DNA from: Eledone cirrhosa
Taxonomy: Eukaryota
DNA length: 64,000 nt
Reading direction: 5' to 3'
NCBI GenBank assembly: GCA_964016885.1
Contig: OZ024746.1
Span: 92,504,001-92,568,000, forward strand
The notes under the pieces are model-generated. The model was not told the origin of the DNA, made no database searches, and saw only the letters and a program-made list of their open reading frames with translations. Shown here piece after piece: positions 11,364 to 26,205 of this stretch. Every line of letters begins with the position of its first letter. Within the stretch, counting starts at the first letter, position 1. Made by a program: the position numbers and the translations under genes.

Positions 11364-14300
11364 TCAGACATAGTGCTCTCAGTCAATATTGATATCAGCT
11401 TATATCAGACATAGTGCTCTCAGTCAATATTGATATCAGCTTATATCAGACATAGTGCTCTCAGTCAATATTGATATCAGCTTATATCAAACATAGTGCT
11501 CTCAGTCAATATTGATATCAGCTTATATCAGACAGAGTGCTGTCAGTCTATATTGATATCAGCTTATATCAGACGTAGTGCTGTCAGTCTATATTGATAT
11601 CAGCTTATATCAGACACAGTGCTGTCAGTCAATATTGATATGAGCTTATATCAGACATAGTGCTCTCAGTCAATATTGATATCAGCTTATATCAGACAGA
11701 GTGCTGTCAGTCTATATTGATATCAGCTTATATCAGACATGGTGCTCTCAGTCAATATTGATATCAGCTTATATCAGACATAGTGCTCGCAGTCAATATT
11801 GATATCAGCTTATATCAGACATAGTGCTCTCAGTCAATATTGATATCAGCTTATATCAGACAGAGTGCTGTCAGTCAATATTGATATCAACTTATATCAG
11901 ACAGAGTGCTGTCAGTCAATATTGATATCAGCTTATATCAGACATAGTGCTGTCAGTCAATATTGATATCAGCTTATATCAGACAGAGTGCTGTCAGTCA
12001 ATATTGATATCAGCTTATATCAGACAGAGTGCTGTCAGTCAATATTGATATCAGCTTATATCAGACAGAGTGCTGTCAGTCAATATTGATATCAGCTTAT
12101 ATCAGACATAGTGCTCTCAGTCTATATTGATATCAGCTTATATCAGACATAGTGCTGTCAGTCTATATTGATATCAGCTTATATCAGACATAGTGCTGTC
12201 AGTCAATATTGATATCAGCTTATATCAGACATAGTGCTGTCAGTCTATATTGATATCAGCTTATATCAGACATAGTGCACTCAGTCAATATTGATATCAG
12301 CTTATATCAGACATAGTGCTGTCAGTCAATATTGATATCAGCTTATATCAGACAGAGTGCTGTCAGTCAATATTGATATCAGCTTATATCAGACAGAGTG
12401 CTGTCAGACTATATTGATATCAGCTTATATCAGACATAGTACTGTCAGACTATATTGATATCAGCTTATATCAGACATAGTGCTGTCAGTCAATATTGAT
12501 ATCAGCTTATATCAGACATAGTGCTCTCAGTCAATATTGATATCAGCTTATATCAGACACAGTGCAGTCAGTCTATATTGATATCAGCTTATATCAGACA
12601 TAGTGCTGTCAGTCAATATTGATATCAGCTTATATCAGACACAGTGCTCTCAGTCAATATTGATATCAGCTTATATCAGACACAGTGCTGTCAGTCAATA
12701 TTGATATCAGCTTATATCAGACATAGTGCTCTCAGTCAATATTGATATCAGCTTATATCAGACACAGTGCAGTCAGTCTATATTGATATCAGCTTATATC
12801 AGACATAGTGCTGTCAGTCAATATTGATATCAGCTTATATCAGACACAGTGCTCTCAGTCAATATTGATATCAGCTTATATCAGACATAGTGCTCTCAGT
12901 CAATATTGATATCAGCTTATATCAGACATAGTGCTGTCAGTCAATATTGATATCAGCTTATATCAGACAGAGTGCTGTCAGTCAATATTGATATCAGCTT
13001 ATATCAGACAGAGTGCTGTCAGACTATATTGATATCAGCTTATATCAGACATAGTACTGTCAGACTATATTGATATCAGCTTATATCAGACATAGTACTG
13101 TCAGTCAATATTGATATCAGCTTATATCAGACAGAGTGCTGTCACTCAATATTGATATCAGCTTATATCAGACAGAGTGCTGTCAGACTATATTGATATC
13201 AGCTTATATCAGACAGAGTGCTGTCAGTCAATATTGATATCAGCTTATATCAGACATAGTGCAGTCAGTCAATATTGATATCAGCTTATATCAGACACAG
13301 TGCTGTCAGTCAATATTGATATCAGCTTATATCAGACATAGTGGAGTCAGTCTATATTGATGTCAGCTTATATCAGACATAGTGCTCTCAGTCAATATTG
13401 ATATCAGCTTATATCAGACATAGTGCTGTCAGTCAATATTGATATCAGCTTATATCAGACAGAGTGCTGTCAGACTATATTGATATCAGCTTATATCAGA
13501 CATAGTACTGTCAGACTATATTGATATCAGCTTATATCAGACATAGTACTGTCAGTCAATATTGATATCAGCTTATATCAGACAGAGTGCTGTCAGTCAA
13601 TATTGATATCAGCTTATATCAGACAGAGTGTTGTCAGACTATATTGATATCAGCTTATATCAGACAGAGTGCTGTCAGTCAATATTGATATCAGCTTATA
13701 TCAGACATAGTGCAGTCAGTCAATATTGATATCAGCTTATATCAGACACAGTGCTGTCAGTCAATATTGATATCAGCTTATATCAGACACAGTGCTGTCA
13801 GTCAATATTGATATCAGCTTATATCAGACACAGTGCTGTCAGTCTATATTGATATCAGCTTATATCAGACACAGTGCTGTCAGTCAATATTGATATCAGC
13901 TTATATCAGACATAGTGCTCTCAGTCAATATTGATATCAGCTTATATCAGACACAGTGCAATCAGTCTATATTGATATCAGTTTATATCAGACACAGTGC
14001 AGTCAGTCAATATTGATATCAGCTTATATCAGACACAGTGCTGTCAGTCAATATTGATATCAGCATATATCAGACATAGTGCTCTCAGTCAATATTGATA
14101 TCAGCTTATATCAGACAGAGTGCTGTCAGTCAATATTGATATCAGCTTATATCAGACAGAGTGCTGTCAGTCAATATTGATATCAGCTTATATCAGACAG
14201 AGTGCTGTCAGACTATATTGATATCAGCTTATATCAGACATAGTACTGTCAGACTATATTGATATCAGCTTATATCAGACATAGTACTGTCAGTCAATAT

Positions 14301-17300
14301 TGATATCAGCTTATATCAGACAGAGTGCTGTCAGTCAATATTGATATCAGCTTATATCAGACACAGTGCTGTCAGACTATATTGATATCAGCTTATATCA
14401 GACAGAGTGCTGTCAGTCAATATTGATATCAGCTTATGTCAGACGGAGTGCAGTCAGTCTATATTGATATCAGCTTATATCAGACATAGTGCTGTCAGTC
14501 TATATTGATATCAGCTTATATCAGACACAGTGCTGTCAGTCTATATTGATATCAGCTTATATCAGACACAGTGCTGTCAGTCAATATTGATATCAGCTTA
14601 TATCAGACATAGTGCTGTCAGTCTATATTGATATCAGCTTATATCAGACATAGTGCTGTCAATCTATATTGATATCAGCTTATATCAGACAGAGTGCTCT
14701 CAGTCAATATTGATATCAGCTTATATCAGACACAGTGCTGTCAGTCTATATTGATATCAGCTTATATCAGACACAGTGCTCTCAGTCAATATTGATATCA
14801 GCTTATATCAGACACAGTGCTGTCAGTCAATATTGATATCAGCTTATATCAGACACAGTGCTGTCAGTCTATATTGATATCAGCTTATATCAGACATAGT
14901 GCTGTCAGTCTATATTGATATCAGCTTATATCAGACATAGTGCTGTCAGTCTATATTGATATCAGCTTATATCAGACAGAGTGCTGTCAGTCAATATTGA
15001 TATCAGCTTATATCAGACATAGTGCTGTCAGTCAATATTGATTTCAGCTTATATCAGACAGAGTGCTGTCAGTCAATATTGATATCAGCTTATATCAGAC
15101 AGAGTGCTGTCAGTCAATATTGATATCAGCTTATATCAGACAGAGTGCTGTCAGTCAATATTGATATCAGCTTATATCAGACATAGTGCTGTCAGTCAAT
15201 ATTGATATCAGCTTATATCAGACACAGTGCTGTCAGTCAATATTGATATCAGCTTATATCAGACATAGTGCTGTCAGTTAATATTGATATCAGCTTATAT
15301 CAGACATAGTGCTGTCAGTCTATATTGATATCAGCTTATATCAGACATAGTGCTGTCAGTCTATATTGATATCAGCTTATATCAGACACAGTGCTGTCAG
15401 TCTATATTGATATCAGCTTATATCAGACACAGTGCTGTCAGTCAATATTGATATCAGCTTATATCAGACATAGTGCTGTCAGTCTATATTGATATCAGCT
15501 GATATCAGACACAGTGCTCTCAGTCAATATTGATATCAGCTTATATCAGACACAGTGCAGTCAGTCTATATTGATATCAGCTTATATCAGACACAGTGCT
15601 GTCAGTCTATATTGATATCAGCTTATATCAGACACAGTGCTGTCAGTCTATATTGATATCAGCTTATATCAGACATAGTGCTGTCAGTCTATATTGATAT
15701 CAGCTTATATCAGACATAGTGCTCTCAGTCAATATTGATATCAGCTTATATCAGACATAGTGCTCTCAGTCAATATTGATATCAGCTTATATCAGACAGA
15801 GTGCTGTCAGTCAATATTGATATCAACTTATATCAGACAGAGTGCTGTCAGTCAATATTGATATCAGCTTATATCAGACATAGTGCTGTCAGTCAATATT
15901 GATATCAGCTTATATCAGACAGAGTGCTGTCAGTCAATATTGATATCAGCTTATATCAGACAGAGTGCTGTCAGTCAATATTGATATCAGCTTATATCAG
16001 ACATAGTGCTGTCAGTCAATATTGATATCAGCTTATATCAGACACAGTGCTGTCAGTCTATATTGATATCAGCTTATATCAGACAGAGTGCTGTCAGTCA
16101 ATATTGATATCAGCTTATATCAGACAGAGTGCTGTCAGTCAATATTGATATCAGCTTATATCAGACATAGTGCTCTCAGTCTATATTGATATCAGCTTAT
16201 ATCAGACATAGTGCTGTCAGTCTATATTGATATCAGCTTATATCAGACATAGTGCTGTCAGTCAATATTGATATCAGCTTATATCAGACATAGTGCTGTC
16301 AGTCTATATTGATATCAGCTTATATCAGACATAGTGCGCTCAGTCAATATTGATATCAGCTTATATCAGACATAGTGCTGTCAGTCAATATTGATATCAG
16401 CTTATATCAGACAGAGTGCTGTCAGTCAATATTGATATCAGCTTATATCAGACAGAGTGCTGTCAGACTATATTGATATCAGCTTATATCAGACATAGTA
16501 CTGTCAGACTATATTGATATCAGCTTATATCAGACATAGTGCTGTCAGTCAATATTGATATCAGCTTATATCAGACATAGTGCTCTCAGTCAATATTGAT
16601 ATCAGCTTATATCAGACACAGTGCAGTCAGTCTATATTGATATCAGCTTATATCAGACATAGTGCTGTCAGTCAATATTGATATCAGCTTATATCAGACA
16701 CAGTGCTCTCAGTCAATATTGATATCAGCTTATATCAGACACAGTGCTGTCAGTCAATATTGATATCAGCTTATATCAGACATAGTGCTCTCAGTCAATA
16801 TTGATATCAGCTTATATCAGACACAGTGCAGTCAGTCTATATTGATATCAGCTTATATCAGACATAGTGCTGTCAGTCAATATTGATATCAGCTTATATC
16901 AGACACAGTGCTCTCAGTCAATATTGATATCAGCTTATATCAGACATAGTGCTCTCAGTCAATATTGATATCAGCTTATATCAGACATAGTGCTGTCAGT
17001 CAATATTGATATCAGCTTTTATCAGACAGAGTGCTGTCAGTCAATATTGATATCAGCTTATATCAGACAGAGTGCTGTCAGACTATATTGATATCAGCTT
17101 ATATCAGACATAGTACTGTCAGACTATATTGATATCAGCTTATATCAGACATAGTACTGTCAGTCAATATTGATATCAGCTTATATCAGACTGAGTGCTG
17201 TCAGTCAATATTGATATCAGCTTATATCAGACAGAGTGCTGTCAGACTATATTGATATCAGCTTATATCAGACAGAGTGCTGTCAGTCAATATTGATATC

Positions 17301-20300
17301 AGCTTATATCAGACATAGTGCAGTCAGTCAATATTGATATCAGCTTATATCAGACACAGTGCTGTCAGTCAATATTGATATCAGCTTATATCAGACATAG
17401 TGCAGTCAGTCTATATTGATGTCAGCTTATATCAGACATAGTGCTCTCAGTCAATATTGATATCAGCTTATATCAGACATAGTGCTGTCAGTCAATATTG
17501 ATATCAGCTTATATCAGACAGAGTGCTGTCAGTCAATATTGATATCAGCTTATATCAGACAGAGTGCTGTCAGACTATATTGATATCAGCTTATATCAGA
17601 CATAGTACTGTCAGACTATATTGATATCAGCTTATATCAGACATAGTACTGTCAGTCAATATTGATATCAGCTTATATCAGACAGAGTGCTGTCAGTCAA
17701 TATTGATATCAGCTTATATCAGACAGAGTGCTGTCAGACTATATTGATATCAGCTTATATCAGACAGAGTGCTGTCAGTCAATATTGATATCAGCTTATA
17801 TCAGACATAGTGCAGTCAGTCAATATTGATATCAGCTTATATCAGACACAGTGCTGTCAATCAATATTGATATCAGCTTATATCAGACACAGTGCTGTCA
17901 GTCAATATTGATATCAGCTTATATCAGACACAGTGCTGTCAGTCTATATTGATATCAGCTTATATCAGACACAGTGCTGTCAGTCAATATTGATATCAGC
18001 TTATATCAGACATAGTGCTCTCAGTCAATATTGATATCAGCTTATATCAGACACAGTGCAATCAGTCTATATTGATATCAGCTTATATCAGACACAGTGC
18101 AGTCAGTCAATATTGATATCAGCTTATATCAGACACAGTTCTGTCAGTCAATATTGATATCAGCATATATCAGACATAGTGCTCTCAGTCAATATTGATA
18201 TCAGCTTATATCAGACAGAGTGCTGTCAGTCAATATTGATATCAGCTTATATCAGACAGAGTGCTGTCAGTCAATATTGATATCAGCTTATATCAGACAC
18301 AGTGCTGTCAGACTATATTGATATCAGCTTATATCAGACATAGTACTGTCAGACTATATTGATATCAGCTTATATCAGACATAGTACTGTCAGTCAATAT
18401 TGATATCAGCTTATATCAGACAGAGTGCTGTCAGTCAATATTGATATCAGCTTATATCAGACACAGTGCTGTCAGACTATATTGATATCAGCTTATATCA
18501 GACAGAGTGCCGTCAGTCAATATTGATATCAGCTTATATCAGACAGAGTGCAGTCAGTCTATATTGATATCATCTTATATCAGACATAGTGCTGTCAGTC
18601 TATATTGATATCAGCTTATATCAGACACAGTGCTGTCAGTCTATATTGATATCAGCTTATATCAGACACAGTGCTGTCAGTCTATATTGATATCAGCTTA
18701 TATCAGACAGAGTGCTCTCAGTCAATATTGATATCAGCTTATATCAGACACAGTGCTGTCAGTCTATATTGATATCAGCTTATATCAGACACAGTGCTCT
18801 CAGTCAATATTGATATCAGCTTATATCAGACACAGTGCTGTCAGTCAATATTGATATCAGCTTATATCAGACACAGTGCTGTCAGTCTATATTGATATCA
18901 GCTTATATCAGACATAGTGCTGTCAGTCTATATTGATATCAGCTTATATCAGACATAGTGCTGTCAGTCTATATTGATATCAGCTTATATCAGACAGAGT
19001 GCTGTCAGTCAATATTGATATCAGCTTATATCAGACATAGTGCTGTCAGTCAATATTGATTTCAGCTTATATCAGACAGAGTGCTGTCAGTCAATATTGA
19101 TATCAGCTTATATCAGACAGAGTGCTGTCAGTCAATATTGATATCAGCTTATATCAGACAGAGTGCTGTCAGTCAATATTGATATCAGCTTATATCAGAC
19201 AGAGTGCTGTCAGTCAATATTGATATCAGCTTATATCAGACACAGTGCTGTCAGTCAATATTGATATCAGCTTATATCAGACATAGTGCTGTCAGTCAAT
19301 ATTGATATCAGCTTATATCAGACATAGTGCTGTCAGTCTATATTGATATCAGCTTATATCAGACATAGTGCTGTCAGTCTATATTGATATCAGCTTATAT
19401 CAGACACAGTGCTGTCAGTCTATATTGATATCAGCTTATATCAGACACAGTGCTGTCAGTCTATATTGATATCAGCTTATATCAGACACAGTGCTGTCAG
19501 TCAATATTGATATCAGCTTATATCAGACATAGTGCTGTCAGTCTATATTGATATCAGCTGATATCAGACACAGTGCTCTCAGTCAATATTGATATCAGCT
19601 TATATCAGACACAGTGCAGTCAGTCTATATTGATATCAGCTTATATCAGACACAGTGCTGTCAGTCTATATTGATATCAGCTTATATCAGACACAGTGCT
19701 GTCAGTCTATATTGATATCAGCTTATATCAGACATAGTGCTGTCAGTCTATATTGATATCAGCTTATATCAGACATAGTGCTCTCAGTCAATATTGATAT
19801 CAGCTTATATCAGACACAGTGCAGTCAGTCTATATTGATATCAGCTTATATCAGACATAGTGCTCTCAGTCAATATTGATATCAGCTTATATCAGACACA
19901 GTGCTGTCAGTCTATATTGATATCAGCTTATATCAGACACAGTCCTGTCAGTCAATATTGATATTGGCTTATATCAGACATAGTGCTGTCAGTCAATATT
20001 GATATCGGCTTATATCAGACATAGTGCTGTCAGTCAATACTGATATCGGCTTATATCAGACACAGTGCTGTCAGTCTATATTGATATCAGCTTATATCAG
20101 ACACAGTGCTGTCAGTCTATATTGATATCAACTTATATCAGACACAGTGCTGTCAGTCTATATTGATATCAGCTTATATCAGACATAGTGCTCTCAGTCA
20201 ATATTGATATCAGCTTATATCAGACATAGTACTGTCAGTCAATATTGATATCGGCTTATATCAGACACAGTGCTGTCAGTCTATATTGATATCAGCTTAT

Positions 20301-20717
20301 ATCAGACACAGTGCTGTCAGTCTATATTGATATCAGCTTATATCAGACACAGTGCTGTCAGTCTATATTGATATCAGCTTATATCAGACACAGTGCTGTC
20401 AGTCTATATTGATATCAGCTTATATCAGACATAGTGCTCTCAGTCAATATTGATATCAGCTTATATCAGACATAGTACTGTCAGTCAATATTGATATCGG
20501 CTTATATCAGACACAGTGCTGTCAGTCTATATTGATATCAGCTTATATCAGACACAGTGCTGTCAGTCTATATTGATATCAGCTTATATCAGACACAGTG
20601 CTGTCAGTCTATATTGATATCAGCTTATATCAGACAGAGTGCTGTCAGTCTATATTGATATCAGCTTATATCAGACACAGTGCTGTCAGTCTATATTGAT
20701 ATCAACTTATATCAGAC
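11364..20717. repeat. Satellite/minisatellite array, 228 x 41 bp
   Basis: Unit TCAGACA(T/G/C)AGTGCT(G/C)TCAGTC(A/T)ATATTGATATCAGCTTATA. CAGAC at 11365 and 20713 are 9348 = 228 x 41 bp apart. Confidence 0.98.
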
Positions 20718-21469
20718 CCTTTTTATTGATTCTAGCACCATTATTTTTCATGTGCCTTGGTTTGTTTGTTTGTTTTCTCTTATTAATAATAATTCCATTG
20801 AATGCTGAGCCGTGCTGGAATATCCAGTAGGAGGTAATATATTGATATGTTGTTACAGACACAACATAACGTGTGTCAGTCCTAATTATATTTAATCATT
20901 TGGTCAACATTTTAATTGTGTACTTCTGAAATAGTACACCTGAATATGATATTTCTCTTTTAAAAACATTCATAGGTTAAGCACCGTAATCAGCTTTTAT
21001 TACATTAGGGCATTGGGTTGGTAGTATCGGTGGAGCGTCAAACAACTTGCTTTGTGGCATAGAGTTACATCCCTTTACGTTCTAAGTTCAAATTTCACCA
21101 AGTTTAGCTTTGCCTTTCATCCTTACTGAGTTGATAAAATAAAGTACCAGTAACGCACTGGGGGCAATTTAATCGACCCCCCCCCAAAAAAAAAGTAAAA
21201 AGGTTGACCTTGTACCTAAATATGAAACTATTATAATAGCATTAGTTCTGGTACTCTGTGCTCTGAGTTCAAATGTTGCCAAGGTCAGCTTTGGCTTTTA
21301 TCCTTCTAGGTTCAATATAATAAAGTATTAGTCTAGTACTAGAGACATTATAATTCAACTTGTTGGCCTTGTGCCTAAATTTGACACCATTTGAGGGATC
21401 ACAGCGCCAATATTACGGACATAGGGTTAGAATGTCTCAGGAAAGAATCACTGGACAGATTTTATAGTT

Positions 21470-21662
21470 AAAACCAACTGGCAGGAGACCTAGGGGTAGA
21501 CCCCAAGCAAGATGGTTGGATAACATCCATGAGCTTGGCTGGTGTTGCTTGGGGATCCAGCTGGATCAATAAGAGACAGTTGCTTCTGACAGGACCTGCT
21601 GGGGGAAGTACTTGAGGACTCTTCTCCAACAATCCTCCCAGGAGTAAGTGGGTGAAGAACAA
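21470..21662 (+). mobile_element. RTE-like LINE 3' end fragment (related copies at about 30890-31160 and 46950-47100)
   Basis: PTGRRPRGRPQARWLDNIHELGW motif. The 46950 copy ends in (GAA)n. Confidence 0.65.
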
Positions 21663-22339
21663 CCTGAATCTTCAACTATAGAATAGTTAAAAAATAAGAA
21701 ATTATGGTCTTCATAATTTCCCTTAAGGACATTAGTGATGATAGGAAAACTGGTCAAGAATGAAAGCTGGAGCAATAAATTATTACCAAAGCTCAGTAAA
21801 CATCATCATCATCATCACCATCCTCATCATCAGTTTTTCCATTCTTGTACAGGTTGTATAGGGATGATGATCATCATAGTGTTTAGCAAGGATTTTCCAG
21901 CTGGATGCCTGTCCTTCACTTTACAGAGTGGACTGGGTGTATTTTACCACTACCACCAGAGATTCTTACTGAACTGTATCAGTTGTTATGTACAGTGACC
22001 TCTCTTCTAGATGGGTTGTCTTTGTTTTGATTTATGGAGCTCACATTTACCCCAACCTTCTTAGATGGACTACGTTTTCCCCTTGACTTATGAAGCTCAC
22101 ATCTACCCTGTCATAACAATGATGATCAGGGTGGCTGTGACAATAATGGCAATTCTAGTTTTTAATTTTAATGTTTAGTGTCACAAATCACACATTTATG
22201 AGAGGGGTATGGTTGAGTTGAATCCTAATATTTGATTGATGATTATTTTATTGATCCAAAAATGATGAAAGACAGCCTAGCTGGGATTTATCATAGAATG
22301 TTGCAGATCATTTGGTACATTTTGTAATTTCTGCTCCTC

Positions 22340-22585
22340 AAATGAAAAACAATTCCCACCGTACCTGGATTCACAAAAGAAATAGGCATGAAATTTGGAC
22401 TAGAAAAATGTACCAAGGCAACTCTGAAGAGAGGGAAACTAGTGAAAAACACTAATATCATGTTAGATAAAGAAAATATATTGGCCAACAGAGACTGTGT
22501 TCTAAATGGGAGCAAAAACCACTGCATGGGCAGTATGTCCTCCGTACCGAAGAACGGCGGCGGTAATAATAATAATGCTTTCTTT

Positions 22586-22616
<31 letters not shown>

Positions 22617-22625
22617 TAATAACAG
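22340..22625 (+). mobile_element. R4/Dong-like non-LTR retrotransposon RT fragment with internal deletion, next to (TAA)n
   Basis: FTKEIGMKFGLEKCTKATLKRGKLV followed, in another frame, by KWEQKPLHGQY. Both resemble R4-clade ORF motifs. An (AAT)n tract follows. Confidence 0.6.
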
Positions 22626-24044
22626 TTTCTGATTTAGGCACAAGGCCGACAATTTTGGTAATTTTATTTTATCGACTCTACAAGAATGAAAGTCAAAGCT
22701 AACCTCTGTGGTATTTGAACTCCAAACCTCAAATGATTCTGCAAATTCACCAACCTTAATAATATTAATAATTGTTTCTGATTTAGGAACAAGGCCAGCA
22801 ATTTTGGGGGAGGGGAAAGTCGATTAAATTGACTCCAGTGCATTACTGGTACATTATTTTATCGACCCCGTAAGGATGAAAGGCAAAGATAACCTCAGTG
22901 GGATTTGCCTTTCATAATAATAAGAAGAATAGCCCAACGAAATTATACAACCTCTGCACAGAATGCACACAATAAATATAACATACACTCTACTTGTATA
23001 TAGCCAGTACCTAACACTGCAACAGCAGTAACTCACACAACCAACGCTCTAGGCATTAATGCAAGCCACACAAATACCTGCCACAGGCACTGCTTGACAC
23101 TGACACACATCACAAATACCTGCCACAGTCACTGAGCGACACAACACACATTAACTACCAACAAGACAACTCCCATTACATTACAGAACAAACACTAAAA
23201 TGACACATGAAACAACAAGTTAAACTAATTACAAAGCTCTCCCTAAAAAAACAATTAAACTAGATGATGTTGTGCACACCTCAGGAATGCGGAAGTTCAC
23301 CTGATGATGCAATAGGAACTTGCATGAAACTTGAAAAAAATAATAATATTGCTTTTAACTTGATAGATTAATAGTCAATTTTAAATATCAGTTTTCCACT
23401 TGAGCATCATAACAAAAAGAAGTCTAACAAAATAACTTTGCTGTAACCATGATATAAAATATATATTTACAGTTATAGTTTTTAAGGTTTTCTTTTTGCT
23501 GTTTATCTTCTAAAAAAAAAAAGAATTCCTTAAATATCTTGCATGAGTGTTCCCTTTCTCTAAGTGTTTAACATAATTGAACTCGAAGAATCTGTTATGG
23601 TGTAATCATGAACAGTCCATCATAATCTTAAATACTTTAATCAAATCATCCCATTTCCTGAAGTAATATCTGCATGGTTTATTATTCAAACATGAAATGA
23701 AATTGCTTCTTGTCAGTTATTCTCTAAATGCTTTATGAAAATATTTCCTCTCGCTGTCATAAGTCGAACCTTTGGCATTAATCTATTGTAATATGCTCTC
23801 TCACGCACATCACATAATGCTATAAAGAAGAGTTCTTTTCAGGGTGTCAGTCAAATGATAGCTTAAAATTGGGACAGTTTAAAATTTGGATAAAAGCTGA
23901 TATAGCGTGATTGTAGGTCATCTTAAAGCCATTTCATAAAGAACTTTCAGAAAAATTAGCCATTTCGTAGCATTGAAGCCTTTTTTTTATATAACCTAAG
24001 TTTCATTGAATTCAACAGTTGCTGATTCTTACATATGTTTGTCA

Positions 24045-24152
24045 AGGTGTGTAGCTCAGTGGTTAGAGAGTTGGATTCACAATCATGAGGTTGTGAGTTC
24101 AATTCCCTGTTCAGATGATGCATTATGTCCTTAAGCAAGACACTTTATTTTA
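24045..24152 (+). mobile_element. tRNA-derived SINE family B head (other copies at about 1929-2170, 25270-25590, 50260-50390, and 29050-29300 minus)
   Basis: A-box TAGCTCAGTGG, B-box GAGTTCAATTCC, then GTCCTT(A/G)(A/G)GCAAGACACTTT. Confidence 0.7.
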
Positions 24153-25606
24153 TTTTGTCAGGAGTTGTGACCAGTGGATAGTATCAGCATTTAGAAAGGC
24201 CAGTGGAAACATTGTTTCCTTGGTCCGATTTGATGAGAGTTCCACCCCACTCAGTAACTGAATGGGGCCTGGAATCTTGTTGATTTTTCTCATATATATA
24301 TATAAAATTCTTTGTCTCTCTGTCTTTTCCTTATGCATTCTCAAACAGCTCGACCAAATCAAATCAAATTTTACAAGGTATTAGATAGCAGGATTAACAA
24401 CATATAATTTTTATTTTCATTTGGATTAAAACAGTATAACATTTTATATTTGTTTGTGCAGCGTTACATATATTAGGCCTTAGTAAGTTACATACACTCA
24501 CATCAGAGAATTAAACACACACACACATCTACATATGCGATGACTGACAAGTATGTGTGTATGAGTGTACATACATTTCTGTGACAACTGACATAACAAA
24601 GGCTGGTGTGGGAGGGGGTGAAACTGTGTTTGTATGAATGTATGTCTGTGTGTGTTTTTTATAAGTTAGTGTGAGTGTATGTATGTTTGTTCCTGGGTGA
24701 AACTCTGTTTGTGTTTCTATGAATGTATGTCTGTGTGTGTTTTTTTATAAGTGTATGTTTGTGTGAGTGTATATGTGCACCTTGGTTATAAAATCAATGA
24801 TCTTTCTACCATAGTAATATTTTAGAACTGACAGGTGGTTACTTGAAGTGTAACCTTATATACAGGTGTAAATCTGTTGTTGTTGTTGTTGTTGATTGGG
24901 TCCACCACTACTTAAAGTAATATATAATGTTTCAATGTGGAATCAAAACAGTTTGAAACTCAGCTTGTTGAAAACTTCACACCCCACTACCTCCTCACCA
25001 TCCCAAAAGAAATTAAAATGAAAGATGTAATCCAGCTTCAGAGTTTAGGCCCTTTACACATCCTGCATGTAAAATATTTTATACAAAAAATTACGTTTTC
25101 TTTAATTATTGTCATGGTAAAATATCTTGTTAAGGGAAGTTGGTTTCCTACTTGAAATTGTGATAATTTAATGCGGAAATTCCCTGTTGATATGTTTAGA
25201 GTATATGTGAGGTTAATGGATTACCAGATCATAAGTTCAGATCTTACTATTGTAATTATGTTGTTGTGAAGGTAGCTTTGTGTTTAAGGTGTTCTGCTGC
25301 TGATAATAAGGTCATCAATTCAATTCCCTGTAGTATGTTGTATCCTTAAACAAGCCTTTTCATTTCATGTTGCTCCAGTTCACTCAGCTGCTGAAAATAA
25401 GTTGTACCTGTGTTTCAAAGGGTCAGCTTTGTCACCCTTTGTTTTGCACTGAATCTCCCTGAGAACTATATTAAGGCTACATGACTGTGGAGTGCTCAAT
25501 CACTTGCACAATAATTTCGAGAGTAGGCAGTTCTGTTGATGGAATCAACAGAACTGCCTACACTGGTTGTTGGAATCGGCAGAACTCTAGCACATCCTAC
25601 TCTTAA

Positions 25607-25827
25607 TCTTTTAGCATTTAAACTGGTCATATTCGGCCAAAATTCTCTCACCTCTTTCTGTTTAAACCGGCCATAACTGGCTGCTTATACTTAAGTTAAG
25701 GTATTGTTCTCAAAATGAATAATATCAAAATTTCGTAGATTCGATATTATGTGAGATAATTATGTGAAATAAAGTGTTTACTGTGTAAATATAATAATAA
25801 ATATAGAGTAATGTAAATGCTGAAGGG
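25607..25827 (+). mobile_element. piggyBac-type (TTAA) MITE, same family
   Basis: TTAA|TCTTTTAGCATTT...AAATGCTGAAGGG|TTAA. The internal sequence aligns with 32645-32933. Confidence 0.8.
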
Positions 25828-26068
25828 TTAAGCAAGACACTTTATTGTACTTTACTATATATTTCCCAACTATATAAACACACAAGCTCCTACTTCATTA
25901 TTGAACAATTAGTTGTGAGGACATTCAGCTAAAGAATTGATCTAACATATAGACCATTACAACAGAGGAAAAGAAAGACTGGCAGCAATATCTTCTGCTT
26001 ATCATTGAATAATAACAATTCTTTTATAGTAAAGTGAATCTTGATCTACTCAAAACCTTTTATATGAA

Positions 26069-26205
26069 ACTATAAGAACTACTATAGGTTATAAGAACTA
26101 CTAGAGGTTATAAAAACTACTAGAGGTTATAAGAACTACTATGGGTTATCAGAACTACTATGGGTTATCAGAACTACTATAGGGTATAAGAACTACTATA
26201 TGGTT
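26069..26205. repeat. 20-bp minisatellite
   Basis: GGTTATAAGAACTACTA(G/T)(A/G)G, about 7 copies. Confidence 0.85.

Noticed and set aside
11364-20717. CRISPR-like array (constant palindromic part plus variable part)
   Set aside because: The variable segments are point variants of one sequence, not unique spacers. The context is eukaryotic and no cas genes are present.
24045-24115. tRNA gene
   Set aside because: A and B boxes are present but there is no complete cloverleaf, and the sequence continues into a repeated SINE body.
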